A DNA stretch of 64,000 bases from Guillardia theta CCMP2712 (Eukaryota; Protista; Cryptophyta). The stretch's first letter is position 1; each line of letters opens with the position of its first letter. Below, piece after piece: positions 29,792 through 41,748 of the stretch. Both the position numbers and the translations under genes were made by a program. The notes beneath the pieces were generated by a model. That model did no database searches. It was not told where the DNA came from and was given only the letters and a program-made list of their open reading frames with translations. The stretch spans positions 68,846 through 132,845 of the forward strand of contig NW_005434599.1 in assembly GCF_000315625.1 (NCBI RefSeq), given 5' to 3'.

Positions 29792-30779
29792 GTTCTCTTC
29801 CTCCTGCCTTGATTGCCGTCTGCCTCCTCTACCCCAAGTGAGCACTTGCGCTACTACTCAGTACAGACTGTTGGGCTTGGGAACCCCTTCGATGTCTGAT
29901 GTCCGATATTGCTTGATGGATGGCTTGGGCTTCTCCAAGTTAGGACGGATCAGATCTTTGCGTATGGAGGTCCTGATCCTCTACCTGCCTTCTCTTCCTC
30001 CTCCTCCTCCTCCTCCTCTCCTTTCGCCCCAGTTCTGCATCGCCTGCATGGAAGAGACGCGAAAATTCCAAAACTTTGACTTGGTGAAAGTTTTACCTAC
30101 CAAGTTTCCAACTTTCCTCAATTATCTGGGAGGTAGGTGGGGTCATGCAAAATTTCATTTAGATGGGAATCTAGGGGGTACTTTCATAGTATAATCGGGG
30201 TGATGATCCAAGGAAATTGGGGTTTGATGGGGTGGGTACTATTTGAAATACCGCGCCAGGTCATGGCGGGAAACTAGGGAACGGATGAGGGAGGGAGGGA
30301 GGGAGGGAGGGAGGGAGAGAAAGAGAAGGAGGAACAAGAAGGGAGGATTGACTTCTGATGGTAGAAGAGAAGGAAGCGAGGAGTGCAAGAGGAGGATACC
30401 ACCGTCATAGGAAGTAGAAGATTGGTAACATGTACCAGATGAAGTCGATTTTGACATGAGCGCATCTGAGAAGTAAACATAGCAAGGAGTGTTTCCCGAT
30501 TTGTCCTTGACTTGAAACGATAGAAGTGAGCAGCACATAGCAAGAAGAAAGTTAGCCATTCGCACTTAAACAGAATTTTGAGAAAGATTTCACTTTGTTC
30601 TATGAATTACGAGAAATCTTGATTGAATCTTAGTACGTGGACTTGTGGAAAAGCAGGGGGTAGCTTTGACTGAAGGCTCCCCTTCTTGTGATGGAAACTG
30701 TAAGATTTATGCCAGAGCTCAGTCACAACAGTAAGAGATGGGACCACGAGAAACTGATCCTAGTTGAACCACAGGAGCG

Positions 30780-31125
30780 ATGTCGGCGGAAGAGAAAGAC
30801 ATTCCCCAGAACACACAGGATCTCACTGTTTTCGTACAGAACCTCCTTCAGCAGATGGTACTTCAGTGTCTGAATCGCATCGACTGTATTTTCCAGCTGA
30901 CAAGTCTCTTGCAGCAACAGAAATTCCAAGACATGTCTGATGCCATCATTTCAAGAAGTATGGGGACCTCTTGTTGTGATCAATACCAATACGTTTCGCG
31001 CAGTTGACGACATGGGATCTCGCATCGACGACCTGGAGAAGTCCATCGGGGAGTTGATGGCTCAGGCGGGGATCGAGGAATCTCAGGCAAGCATCACCGA
31101 TGCGGATGCAGAAGCAGGATCGTAG
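30780..31125 (+). CDS. HSBP1: Heat shock factor binding protein 1
   Basis: Three exons: MSAEEKDIPQNTQDLTVFVQNLLQQM / QQKFQDMSDAIISR / IDDMGSRIDDLEKSIGELMAQAG, matching the canonical HSBP1 pattern. Confidence 0.93.
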
Positions 31126-31512
31126 GATTCGGGAGCGTTCTCATCGTCCTGTTCTCATCCAACTATTTTCCATGGAACCTTTTTCTCACGGATCTGCCAG
31201 TAGCGGCTCAGGCACAAAAGTCAAGAACTCAACGTCTGTGAGACTTCCTTGCTCGGAGATCTGAACTATCCCAGCAGTTCCTCGGTGTGTAGCTGTGCTA
31301 GATATGGAATAAATGCCAGGAGATACCCCGGGACTCCTCCGAGTCTTTTCCATCTATCGCTGAACCCCCAATCTTTCTGAAACCCACTGCTGCCCAGGAC
31401 TCGTTTGCTGAATGTGGGTGATCAGGGTGCAAGAGTCGCGAAACAGAAGCTTATAATCGTTATCAAAAAAAAAAAGGAGAATGATGTAGAGCAGAGAGGA
31501 AGCTTCATCTCT

Positions 31513-32766
31513 CTACGCCAATCCAGGAGGAACACTGTTAGGGGTGTCAGTGTCAGCAGATCTCAAGAGCTTTCCGTGATAATTGGGAGGAAGGCCCGCA
31601 GGCACAGGAGGAGAGATGTTCCTTTTGTTGGGCACAGGAGGGGAATTGCTTTCATGATGAGAAGATGTCTTGGAGGACAACTGAGTGATTCGCTCTTTTT
31701 GGCGAGCAAGCTCCGCTTGCAACTTGCTGTGCTCGCGCTCCATAGCAGTGAGCTCCGTTGAGAGTTTGTCCTTCTTGGCCTGCAACCCTCGATATCCCTC
31801 CTGCATGCCCCCCCCGAAGAGGTGAGCAGCATCTCTGCGAGCCAACCGATTCAGACCAGCCTTGATGATCTTCCTTGCCCGGCTCGTCCTGTACCGAATC
31901 TGCCTCTCGCAGCTTGCAAGGGACGAGTACCGCAGGACGTGCAACCCGCTCTGAGCAAGATGCCTCCTCCTGCAGATAGATCCCACATGCAAGTGCTTGC
32001 CCAACTTGTCATACAGACTCCTCATTTGAGCTTCGTCCTTCTCCGTCCCGTGCTTGCCCAAATGCTCCCCACGCTCAATCTCGGAGTTCAGACTAGAGAT
32101 CGAGCTAATGATCGCATCTCTACCATCGCTTGAGTCAGAGGTGTCATCGTTGCCACCAACAGTAGCATCTGACTGTGTCAAGGAACTCGCCGCTTTGCCT
32201 TCTTTCCTCAGCTTCTCTTCCAGCAGCATCTTCAGCTCATCCTGCAACTTCAACCTCTCCGACTTGTCTGATGACTTGGACGACACCTGGGCAAGCTCTG
32301 AGAACCTGGCAGGTTCCATGGATAGTGCAGGTTTCTTGTTCTTCAAACTTCCATCTCTCTTCTTCGCTTCTTGCATTAGCTGCTGCCAAACAAATTCTGG
32401 GTTGCCTGCACTTTCATAATCCCAGTTGCCGGAAGCAGGATCATACTTCAAGACGGGCATCTGGTTCACGTCGCATGGCCCTCCATCCTTGCAGGAGTTG
32501 ACTTGCAGTTGATGCTTGGAGAGCTTCAAGGCGGAGGAGGATGCCTCTGCCTCGGCTCTGTGAAGCTGAGCAGCTTGAGGCGAATCGCCGTCGCCCTCCC
32601 TCTTCAATAAGATGGCGTCTAACTTATCGATGAGCTTGTTCCTCATGTCCTCTTTCTGTGCTAGCACTGCCTTCTCCGTCCCTCGCCCCACCACCAGGCA
32701 CGTCAAGCCCACCATGAGCACTGCCAGCCCCGCCACCGCCAGCCCCGTCCGATTTCCCCACGCCAT
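31513..32766 (-). CDS. Signal-anchored coiled-coil hypothetical protein (true 3' end may extend to ~31270 via an intron)
   Basis: N-terminal hydrophobic LAVAGLAVLMVGLTCLVV in a 417 aa ORF with heptad segments. Confidence 0.65.
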   Translation of the reverse strand: MAWGNRTGLAVAGLAVLMVGLTCLVVGRGTEKAVLAQKEDMRNKLIDKLDAILLKREGDGDSPQAAQLHRAEAEASSSALKLSKHQLQVNSCKDGGPCDVNQMPVLKYDPASGNWDYESAGNPEFVWQQLMQEAKKRDGSLKNKKPALSMEPARFSELAQVSSKSSDKSERLKLQDELKMLLEEKLRKEGKAASSLTQSDATVGGNDDTSDSSDGRDAIISSISSLNSEIERGEHLGKHGTEKDEAQMRSLYDKLGKHLHVGSICRRRHLAQSGLHVLRYSSLASCERQIRYRTSRARKIIKAGLNRLARRDAAHLFGGGMQEGYRGLQAKKDKLSTELTAMEREHSKLQAELARQKERITQLSSKTSSHHESNSPPVPNKRNISPPVPAGLPPNYHGKLLRSADTDTPNSVPPGLA

Positions 32767-32923
32767 GCTGTGGCTCTTCGCTTGTCCGTTACCAACGTTA
32801 CATTTTTATTCTATCCTGCAGCCCGCCTCAGAGAAATTTAGCCGACCCGCCTCATCACTGCATCTGATGCCGCCGGTAGCACTAACGGCGAGTCGATCAT
32901 GCCGCCCGACAGTTGGACCGTAG

Positions 32924-33242
<319 letters not shown>

Positions 33243-33540
33243 NNNNNNNNNNNNNNNNNNNNNNNNNNNNNNNNNNNNNNNNNNNNNNNNNNNNNNNNNN
33301 NNNNNNNNNNNNNNNNNNNNNNNNNNNNNNNNNNNNNNNNNNTCGCTGGAGAAGCCCCGGCAGACGCCGGCTGGACCCCCGGGCGGTAGTTTTGCCCGGG
33401 GGGGGGCGAGGCATGGACGAAGATGGTGGACTGTGACGGGGCTGAGGCAGAGGGAGGAGGGGAGCCTAGCAGGCTAGTGTAGCAGCGCGCCGTGGCACCA
33501 CGAGCGGCCACGGAGCAGGAGCAGGAGCCTGGCAGGACCG

Positions 33541-33616
<76 letters not shown>
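33541..33616. repeat. (GCAGGA)n hexamer repeat
   Basis: Perfect tandem run. Confidence 0.9.
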
Positions 33617-33617
<1 letters not shown>

Positions 33618-33840
33618 CACGGCCTGTAGCGCTACTGAAACTTGCATGTAATGCAGGCCCTGCTATCGCTGAGTCAGTGGGAGTCCAACCATCAATGAAG
33701 TCGTGGGGAACCTCGGAGATGATTCAGGGCAGTAGGAAGACGTGAGGATGAAAAAAGAGTCTGATCGGGCAGGAAGGAGGGAGAGAATGAGACGCAGGTG
33801 TCAAGAGCAGCGGTGAAGCATCTTGCTATCAAGGTCGGTC

Positions 33841-35802
33841 ATGGCTGAGAGGACGATAGATGGGTCTACCGGGCAGTCGGAAGGCATCGCCATGCCCCCT
33901 CCTCTCCCTCCTCCTCCTCCCAAGGGTCGCAGACCTTTCACCGCACGGCCCTCCGTGAGCTCCAGGAGGCTTCGCAGTAGCCCCGAGTCGAGGCTTCTCT
34001 TCCCTGAGACCAAGTGGCCGAGCATAGACGTGCAAGTCAACGAGCAGGGATGGTTTTTCTCTGAGGAGCAGAGGCAGGAGCCGCCGGTCCGACGAGAGGA
34101 GGAGACAGGGGATACCAACGCGAGCATGCGATGGCGACGGCGCTACTATGCTGAGCTGGCAGGGAAGGGTGGGCCTCGAACCTTCGAGGTGACTCTAGCA
34201 GGTGACTTGCGCGTGTCCTCCTCCTCCTCCTCCTCCTCTTCCTCTTCCTCCTCCTCCTCCTTCCTCCTCCTCATGTCTGCGTGCAGGGAGAGAAGAGGAG
34301 CGAGATGCGTGTTCCTACCTCACCTGGTACTACTGTGACTTCCTGGCGGCCGAGGCCTCGACCGAAACGCCTCCCAAGATGGACGAGGAGACTCTGCATG
34401 TGGAGACGCTGATCTCGTGGCTGAACGAGTTCAAACCGAGGACCAGGATGGACGCGTTTCCGATGCTGCAGGTGAGAGAGAGAGCTCTTGGAGGCGTGCG
34501 AGTGAGAGGAGGGCAGGTGGCGATCTCAGCGCTCAATCAGCTCGTGGTCTCTAAAGCCAGCCTGCACTCCAACGTAGAGCAAAGTCTCTCTGTGAAGATG
34601 TAATGTTGTCATCTTGCGCGCAACGTGGCGTGACATGAGTCAGAGAGGAGCTCATGTGTCAACTGGCGGAGAAGGATGACCGCATCGCGTTCCTAGAGCA
34701 GCAGGTCGAGAGCATGGAGCAGCAAGCCAACGAGCTCATGGCTGTACGACATGTCTCGACCAAGCACCTCGCTGACGTCTCCCGCAGAGGGCCTCGAACC
34801 TAGACAAGAAAGCAGCTGATTCCACTGCCGAGACCTACGCGCTGAGCCTGACGTTTGAAGAGAAGGAGAAAGCGCTGAGGGAGATGATCCTTAGGAGAGA
34901 AAGAGAATCAGCGCACGCTCTGAACAAGGTTTCATCCTTGGAAGCAGAGGTTCACCTCTTGTGAGTCGCATGCCTCGCCCTCACTCCTTGCCCGTGACTT
35001 GTCGAACTCGCGCAGGAGGGAAGAGAACTCGAGGATCAAGAGGATGATGCGAGCGCAGGATGAGACCTACACCAAGGCCAGGAACAGGATGCTGGACAAG
35101 GTGAGGCACTGGGCCCTCAAGGCTACCACTAGGATGGAGTGTAGTCGGGCGCTGAAGCAGTGGAGGCATCACAGTCACCTCCTCGGCAGCCGCCGGGCGT
35201 CGCGAGCTGACTTGTCGCTGCAACGAGCGAGGAAGCTCTTCCATCGAGACCTCCACGTCGCCTTCCAGCGTTGGTCGCACCGACTTGCCTTCATCCGACA
35301 GGCGACGCGAGCAGAGAGCTGCATCGCGTCCATCAAGATCCGCTCTGCATGGATGAGATGGCTGCAGTTTGCCCACATGGAGCAGAAAGAGAGGAAGCAG
35401 GGGTTCGCTCAGAAGCTGAGCAGCAGGCTCGGCGCCAAAGAGATGGGGAACTTGTTTCTGGAGTGGAAGCTGCTGGTGGAGCAGCAGAGGAAGAGGAGGA
35501 AGGTGATGAGCATCCTCGTCTCCCAGCGGCATCGCTCAACGCTCGATCACTTCATGCACCTCTGGCGGTACGTGCTGGTCATGAGCATGCTGCGCAAGGC
35601 TGGCTTCCGACCTCGAAACTCAGTGTCGTCGGGCAGCCCTCTGAAACTCCCGGGGCTCAAGAAACCTCCGATGCTCTCGCCGAGGAGGACAAGCACTCAG
35701 TCAGCGGATCAAGAGACCGTCCACACGGCCGTGCAAGACGAGGTCTTCCTTCGAAACATCTTGATCGCTGCCACCCGGAGACCGTCGGTAGATGCAAGTT
35801 GA
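33841..35802 (+). CDS. Coiled-coil protein with Sfi1-like W-repeat region (multi-exon)
   Basis: Exons are joined by short GT-AG introns. The last exon has recurring helical motifs: ALKQWR, AFQRWS, AWMRWL, LFLEWK, FMHLWR. Confidence 0.6.
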
Positions 35803-35892
35803 GGGGGAGCAGAGCGGAGGACTTGTTTACGAGTCTTTTCATACAAGTACAGCACACGCAGCGCCGGCATCGCCGTCCCTGATTGCATTTTT

Positions 35893-37471
35893 TCATACGA
35901 GGATGACGCCGTCATCGTCCTCCGTCTCATCAAAGTTGAGGTCGGCTGCAGGCAAACATCTCTTGTCCGCCACGGAGATGGCGGGGTAGCCGCCAAGAGC
36001 TTGATTCATCGTAGTGAGACGCTCGCAGAGGTCCGCCAGGTCCGCCTCGTCTTTCACGTAGAACCCGAACGTCAAGGACGGGTCAACATGCTGCAGGAGG
36101 TGAGCGAAGAGGAGGAGCGGAGCACGAAACCTGGAGGAGCATCCGGTGGGCTGCGGAGGAGTGGAAACTGCGATGGCTGCAAGAAGGCGATGAGAGGGAT
36201 GAAGAGGAAGGAGACTAGACTGACTCTTTCTCGGATATGTTGATGAGGGGTTGAGGCGTGTGGGGGTCCAGGTAATACACCGCTTCTCCTTGCGAGGCGA
36301 TGAAGTAGTGAGCCGACGACTGATCCAGCATCGTCATCATCATCATCGTCATCACAGACCTCCTCTGACCGGCTTCCCCCCGATGAATCCGAGACTTTGA
36401 GGGAAGCTGAAAACGTGCGAGATCTTGGGGATGTAGGATGGGTCGACAGAGCTCACTCCAAGGCGTGTGGGCAGGAGGATGAAGAGCGGGCCCGCCTGTT
36501 GACTTGTCAGAAGAGGAGCCCCCAAGCAGATGGACGACCTGCAGAAGCTCTAGAGCTTCACTCTTGTAGATGGTGTTGTCGCCGTCGTTGCCGTCGTAGG
36601 CAAGGAGCTGAAGGTTGTTGTCGGAGCCAAGAGCGCCGCCGGCCTGCAACGAGTGCCGAGTGAGCGAGACGGACGAGATAAGATTACAAGACGATGACAT
36701 GAAGTTTGCTGAACGCAGAGCAGACAGTGTTGGGGCCGAACCATGTCCCCGCCTTCTTGCCGACCTGCAACTCCCTCAGCGCCCTTTGAGGAGGATCAGC
36801 TCTCAGCTCACCTGCTGCCCTGCCCGCACGAAGGAGTGGATGGAGAGGGGGGCACACGGATGATCGAGAAACATCTCGAGGACCTTGCGGTAGTCCGACG
36901 GCAGCTCGTTGTATCTGTGAAGGGTACGAGGAGGAGGTGAGTTTCAAGACGTCAACTCAATGCAGAGCTACTTGGACGTATGGGAGAGACGCCAATCGCG
37001 GCCAAGATGATGATGAACAAGTGCTTGGCCAATGAGCATCTGTCCGCTGCGTATCATACAGCCCCAACCCGTGTCTGTTGTGAGTTCTGTTCCTGAGATG
37101 GGGTGAAAGTTATATCTGTAACTAAACCACAGCCTTGACCACATGTCCAGCTTGAAATTCTGGCTCTCGTCAACGACTGTCTGCTCAGTTTCTCTGCCCT
37201 CTCCCCTCTGCCCCATCGGTGGAGGTGCGAGAGTGTATCGAACCCCCAACAGCCAGACCGTGTGCGGGAGTTTGTGCTCGAGGAGAACGTCGCTGAGAGC
37301 TTCCATGGTCAGAATGGACTTGACGCTCCTTCCTAGAGCATACAGGGCTCCTAGAGCTCTTCTCAACACAACCCTCACTGGCAAGTTGCAAAGGAAACCT
37401 GGGATGGCACGTCCGACGCGCGCGATCTTCTCTAGCAGCCCCTCGTCGGCTCGATCTCCGTACATTGCCAT
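35893..37471 (-). CDS. ATG4: Autophagy cysteine protease ATG4 (peptidase C54)
   Basis: SRLWFSYRYNF, LTTDTGWGCMIRSGQML (catalytic Cys), GTWFGP, SSAHYF, YYLDPH (catalytic Asp/His), DPSLTFGFY, acidic C-terminus. Confidence 0.93.
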
Positions 37472-38002
37472 ACGATTGTCCCCACGTCAGCGCGGAACTT
37501 TCTCTCAGTCATGGTCCTCCTGCCTATCTTCCTCCCCACAAGCTTCTGCTCTCCTCCTCGTTGGTCGGTAGCTCGCTGTCTCTTTGTTCTCTATCCCTCC
37601 TCCCATCCCTTCACCGCCGCAACGCCATCGGCGCTTCCTTGTTCTCGCCGCCTCAGAGTCATCTAGCTGTGCGTCAGGGTGCCAAAAGGAAAGATGAAAT
37701 CTAATCGTAATAATCCGACTGAACGGAGGCTGAGTCAAGCCGTTGCCGCTAACTCGTGCGGTAAGTTTATTCCTGGTCGGGTCAGAACTCGTACTTGACA
37801 AGCTGAGTATTTGTGAACCATTCATTCACATTACTACCATAGCAACTCCTCCTCCTCCTCATCATCATCATCATCATCATCATCCGATCATCATCATCAT
37901 CATCATCATTATCATGGCATCACGGCATAATGACTGACATCCGATGATCATGGCACATCATCATCCGATGATCAGCGGAATGGAGGAGGCGAGTCGTTGC
38001 CT

Positions 38003-40332
38003 TCAGTATTGTGCTATGACGTAAGAAGGTGGCATGGGCTGCATCTGAACATCATATGACTGGCGTCAGCGTCAAGAAAACAACAAGAACTGTAAAGTTA
38101 TGAGGGTGTCGTACCGGATAGACCTGTTGCTCTCCAACAACAGGAGCGTTCATGCCTTGTTGAGAAGCCATGGTGTGGTCTGACCCCTGATACACTGAGG
38201 AGTCTGTGGGGATGAAGTGTGCAAAGGAAAGCTCTGAGGCCTTTTCCTTCACCATGTCGTCGTTTCTAACAACGTTAGTCTCATCCTCCTTGTCGTTGGG
38301 AATCAGCAGGTGAAGCAACAGTGCTGTAATAGTCCCGATGCAGTAGGGCGTCGAGAGGACGATGACGAGCGAGTCGCTTGCGAGCTGAGCTGTTGCGGTC
38401 TTGCCGGGAGCAACAAGAGCGTTGGTCGCCCACTGGGGGGCGAGAGCGACGCCGATGCCGACAGCGAGAGAGGCGCATACGATGAATCTGTTCCTGCGAA
38501 CGGCGATGGCCGGCCCGAGGATGTTGACACCTGAAACCACGATGTTGACGAAGAGGAAGGTAGTCATGCCTCCCAGCACGCAGTCGGGGATGGTCGCGAT
38601 GACCGCAGCGACCTTGGCGATGATGCCGAAGAGGATGAGGAAGAAGCAGCAGCAGTAGCCCGCTCGGCGGTTGGCGCATCGAGTCAGGGCGATAACTCCG
38701 TTGTTCTGCGCGAAGGTTGTGTTGGGAGGGGTTGTGAAAAGGCAGGCCATCATAGCACAGAACCCGTCAGCCAGCACTCCTCCCTGGATCCTTGAGTCAA
38801 AGTCATCCCCGACGGTGGCGAGTTTGGAGGCCTCAGCAGAGGCGGTGATGTCTCCGATGGTCTCAACAGTCGTGATGATGTAGCAGATGAGGCAGGGAAG
38901 GATCGCAGGGGGATACACAGTCAAGGGGAAGGTCTTGACCCACAAGAAGGTGATGCCTGGCGCGCTCGAGATCTTGTCGTTGACTACGAACCATTCCTTG
39001 GTGCCATCGTTGTTGTACGTGGCGACGGCTGAGATGAAGAAACCGAAGAGGAGAGCGATGGCAACCTCGCAGTTGCGGAGGAAAGGAGAGCCGAAGACCT
39101 CGATCATTATGAGACTGAGGAACACGGCGAAGCCCAGGGTCACGTACTGCGGCGAACCGAAGGGAAGCTTCACTTGCCCGTTGTCTTGGCAGAACTGAAA
39201 CGACATCTGTACATCAGTCTGAGGAGGAAACACTCCCGGGGAGTCCATGAAGGCGTTGCAGACGGTTCGCTCGCCGATGGTCATGTTCTTGCTGGAGTCA
39301 AACTGAGGCGGGGTGTACTCGCACACTCCCGAGAGAGCTCCCTTGAAGGGAACGCATGCGCCGTTGGCGCATGGAGACGTCGACTTGTAGTTCTTGGTCC
39401 AGTCGCCCGGCAAGTTAGGCTGCTGGATGACCCTCATGCGCTTGAAGAAGTTGTCGCCGCAGTAAACTCCTCCTCCCCAGTACTTGAAGCCTTCTCCTGT
39501 CAACCCGAACCCGATGAGCATCACGCAGGTCCCCGTGATGATGGGAGGGAAGCATCTTCGGAGCTGATCCTTGGGCAGGAAGCTGAGGGCGATCTCAAGG
39601 AAGGCGCAGAAAACGGCAGTTCCGAGGAATGCACCGTATGCCTCTTGACCGCTGTACTTGCAGAACCCGGAGAGCGTGTTGCACTGACCGGCATTGGTCT
39701 TGCCGGGGATTGCAAAACCGCTCGTGTCCGCCCACGCTTTGGTGCAGTCGCTGTCAGTCATGCATGACATGCCCGAGTCTGAATCCATCATGAACTTCAT
39801 GGCTGCTTGCGCTATAGGAACAAACGTGAAGGAAGTGCCAAGTACGGAGATCAGACCAGTTCCAAGGAAGTAGCCGGTGTTGAATACCTTGAATCTTGTC
39901 ACCTAGCACAATGATCACCGTTGCTGTTATTCGAGGTTGTTGACGTTACCGAGATCAGCGAAAGGATTCCGGAAGAAAGCAAACCGGCCGAGATGAGGTA
40001 CTCAGTCTCAGCAGAGGTCAGCCTTGCGTTGTAAGGGCCTGTGAGCAAGAGAGGAACAGCAATAATCCCACCAATCATCGCTAGAGCATGCTGAAAGCCC
40101 ATCACCATGGCGACAGACAGCGGAATTTTAGTGTTCACGCCGTAGAAGGGAGGAGGTTTGGAGGGTTCCGACCATGGAAGCCTTGGCATGCACAACCACC
40201 ACCAGTTCATCGGCTCCGGCTCGTCTGAAAGTGCGTCAGCGATGCACATCCGAGTGCATAGAAACATGAATTTGAACCTTCAGGGCCGGTGTCTGCCTTG
40301 ATGCTGTTCCAGAACTCTTTCGCTTTCTGCAT
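38003..40332 (-). CDS. Uric acid/xanthine permease (NAT/NCS2, UapA-like)
   Basis: MGFQHALAMIGG, GTGLISVLGTSFTF, VETIGDITAS, NAT signature FAQNNGVIALTR, VLGGMTTFLF. The start is approximate. Confidence 0.92.
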
Positions 40333-41179
40333 CTGCAATTTCCAAGTTAACGTCACGTCAGCAGCAGACAAAGCTATTCTTGATCGTCAGCAATTATCAA
40401 ATTACGTCGTAACCCTCAAATTCGCACATCACTTGAGTTTGTTGATGCTTCGAGCATCGCTTGAGTTTGTTGTTATGTTGAACTATATGCTGTTCGAGCA
40501 TCGCTTGAGTTTGTTGCTATGTTGAATTCTTCCGGCCATCTCATCCTTCACAGCGTTCCTCTGCGTTCGACCTTCATTTATTCTCATCACATCTTCCATT
40601 ATCTTTTTCTATCTTCCTTTATCTTTTCTATCTTGCTTTATCTTCCCTATCTTCATCTATTTGGATGTCCATTATTCGTTTCTTTGAAGCCTCTTGCTTT
40701 TTTTTTTGTGTCCCCACCTTGCACCACAAGAGGTACTACCCCATCATATTCCCACTGATTCTAGTACCCCTACCCGGCAGTTTCTCACCCGCTGCTAAGG
40801 AAATTGACCCCTTCTGGCCACCCCACCATACCTTTAGACGAAGAGGACGGACATAACCACCCACCCCTCACTAAAGTTGTGACTCATTTTCAGTGAGGAA
40901 GATACGAATCAGTTCCGTACCCCCGGTTACCGTACACTCGGAGTAGGGGTGGTACCCGGAGGCCACTAGCTAGCTCTCATTGCTTACAGCAGATGCTCAC
41001 TAAGATGAGGGTGGGTGGTCACAAGTACATTTTCAAGTAGTACCTGGTATTGTGATGAGTAAAAAATAGGTTGTAAGTTTACTCAACCCCTTCTGTTCCT
41101 CAAAGCTCAAATCCCACTGAGTCGTCAGGTATCGGTCAAGAGCGAACATGCAGAAGCACCCAGATACCCTGATCATCAA

Positions 41180-41515
41180 GGCTGTCTGCTAAGATGCAAG
41201 TGCAAGCAAGCAGCTTAGCCGACTGCTTGCATGTCCTCTTTGAATTCCTTGGAGAAGAGCCAAGAAAGCGATCGGCGACTTGATGACGACACCAGCGTCG
41301 ACGTACACAAGGTACTCCCCCTCGTTGAGATTCTCGTGTAGAGTCTCAATGATATAGGGCTTCCAGAGCCAGAGACCAGCTCCTGTCGACATTGAACCAG
41401 GTCTCTTCGTGGTTTCTTGGCTGAAAGATCTGGTCGTTGTCACTCAGCGAAAGTGCTTTGTAGACATCAACATACTTAAGACAAAGATCATTCTTTAGTT
41501 CAATATTGTACGCAA
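41180..41515 (-). pseudogene. Frameshifted fragment of a 'GxWxWKPY' glycosyltransferase-like protein
   Basis: GAGLWLWKPYIIETLHENLNEGEYLVYVDAG. The plausible upstream part (KYVDVYKALSLSDNDQIFQPRNHEETWFNVD) is in another frame, switching at ~41385. Confidence 0.5.
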
Positions 41516-41748
41516 GCACTGAACTTTACTCGAGCTAAAGAGCTCAATGGAGCGCAAGATCTCAAGTGAGCGCAAGATCTTACGCAAGTACAATCTCACT
41601 CAAGACAAAGGTCATATGAGAGGACAGCATGTTCATGATGAGTGTGTAACGACCAACGATCTCATGGGTACAAGAGCATTATCTCGTTACACGTGGCAGA
41701 CTGAGCTGATTGCAGCAGAGTTTCTACTCCCCTGGAGCCATCACTAAG

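Noticed and set aside
30239-30565. 108 aa minus ORF with a hydrophobic start
   Set aside because: No recognisable motif; it runs into low-complexity sequence and is unsupported.
40421-40527. CRISPR-like repeats
   Set aside because: Only three imperfect repeats, no unique regular spacers, no cas genes, eukaryotic context.
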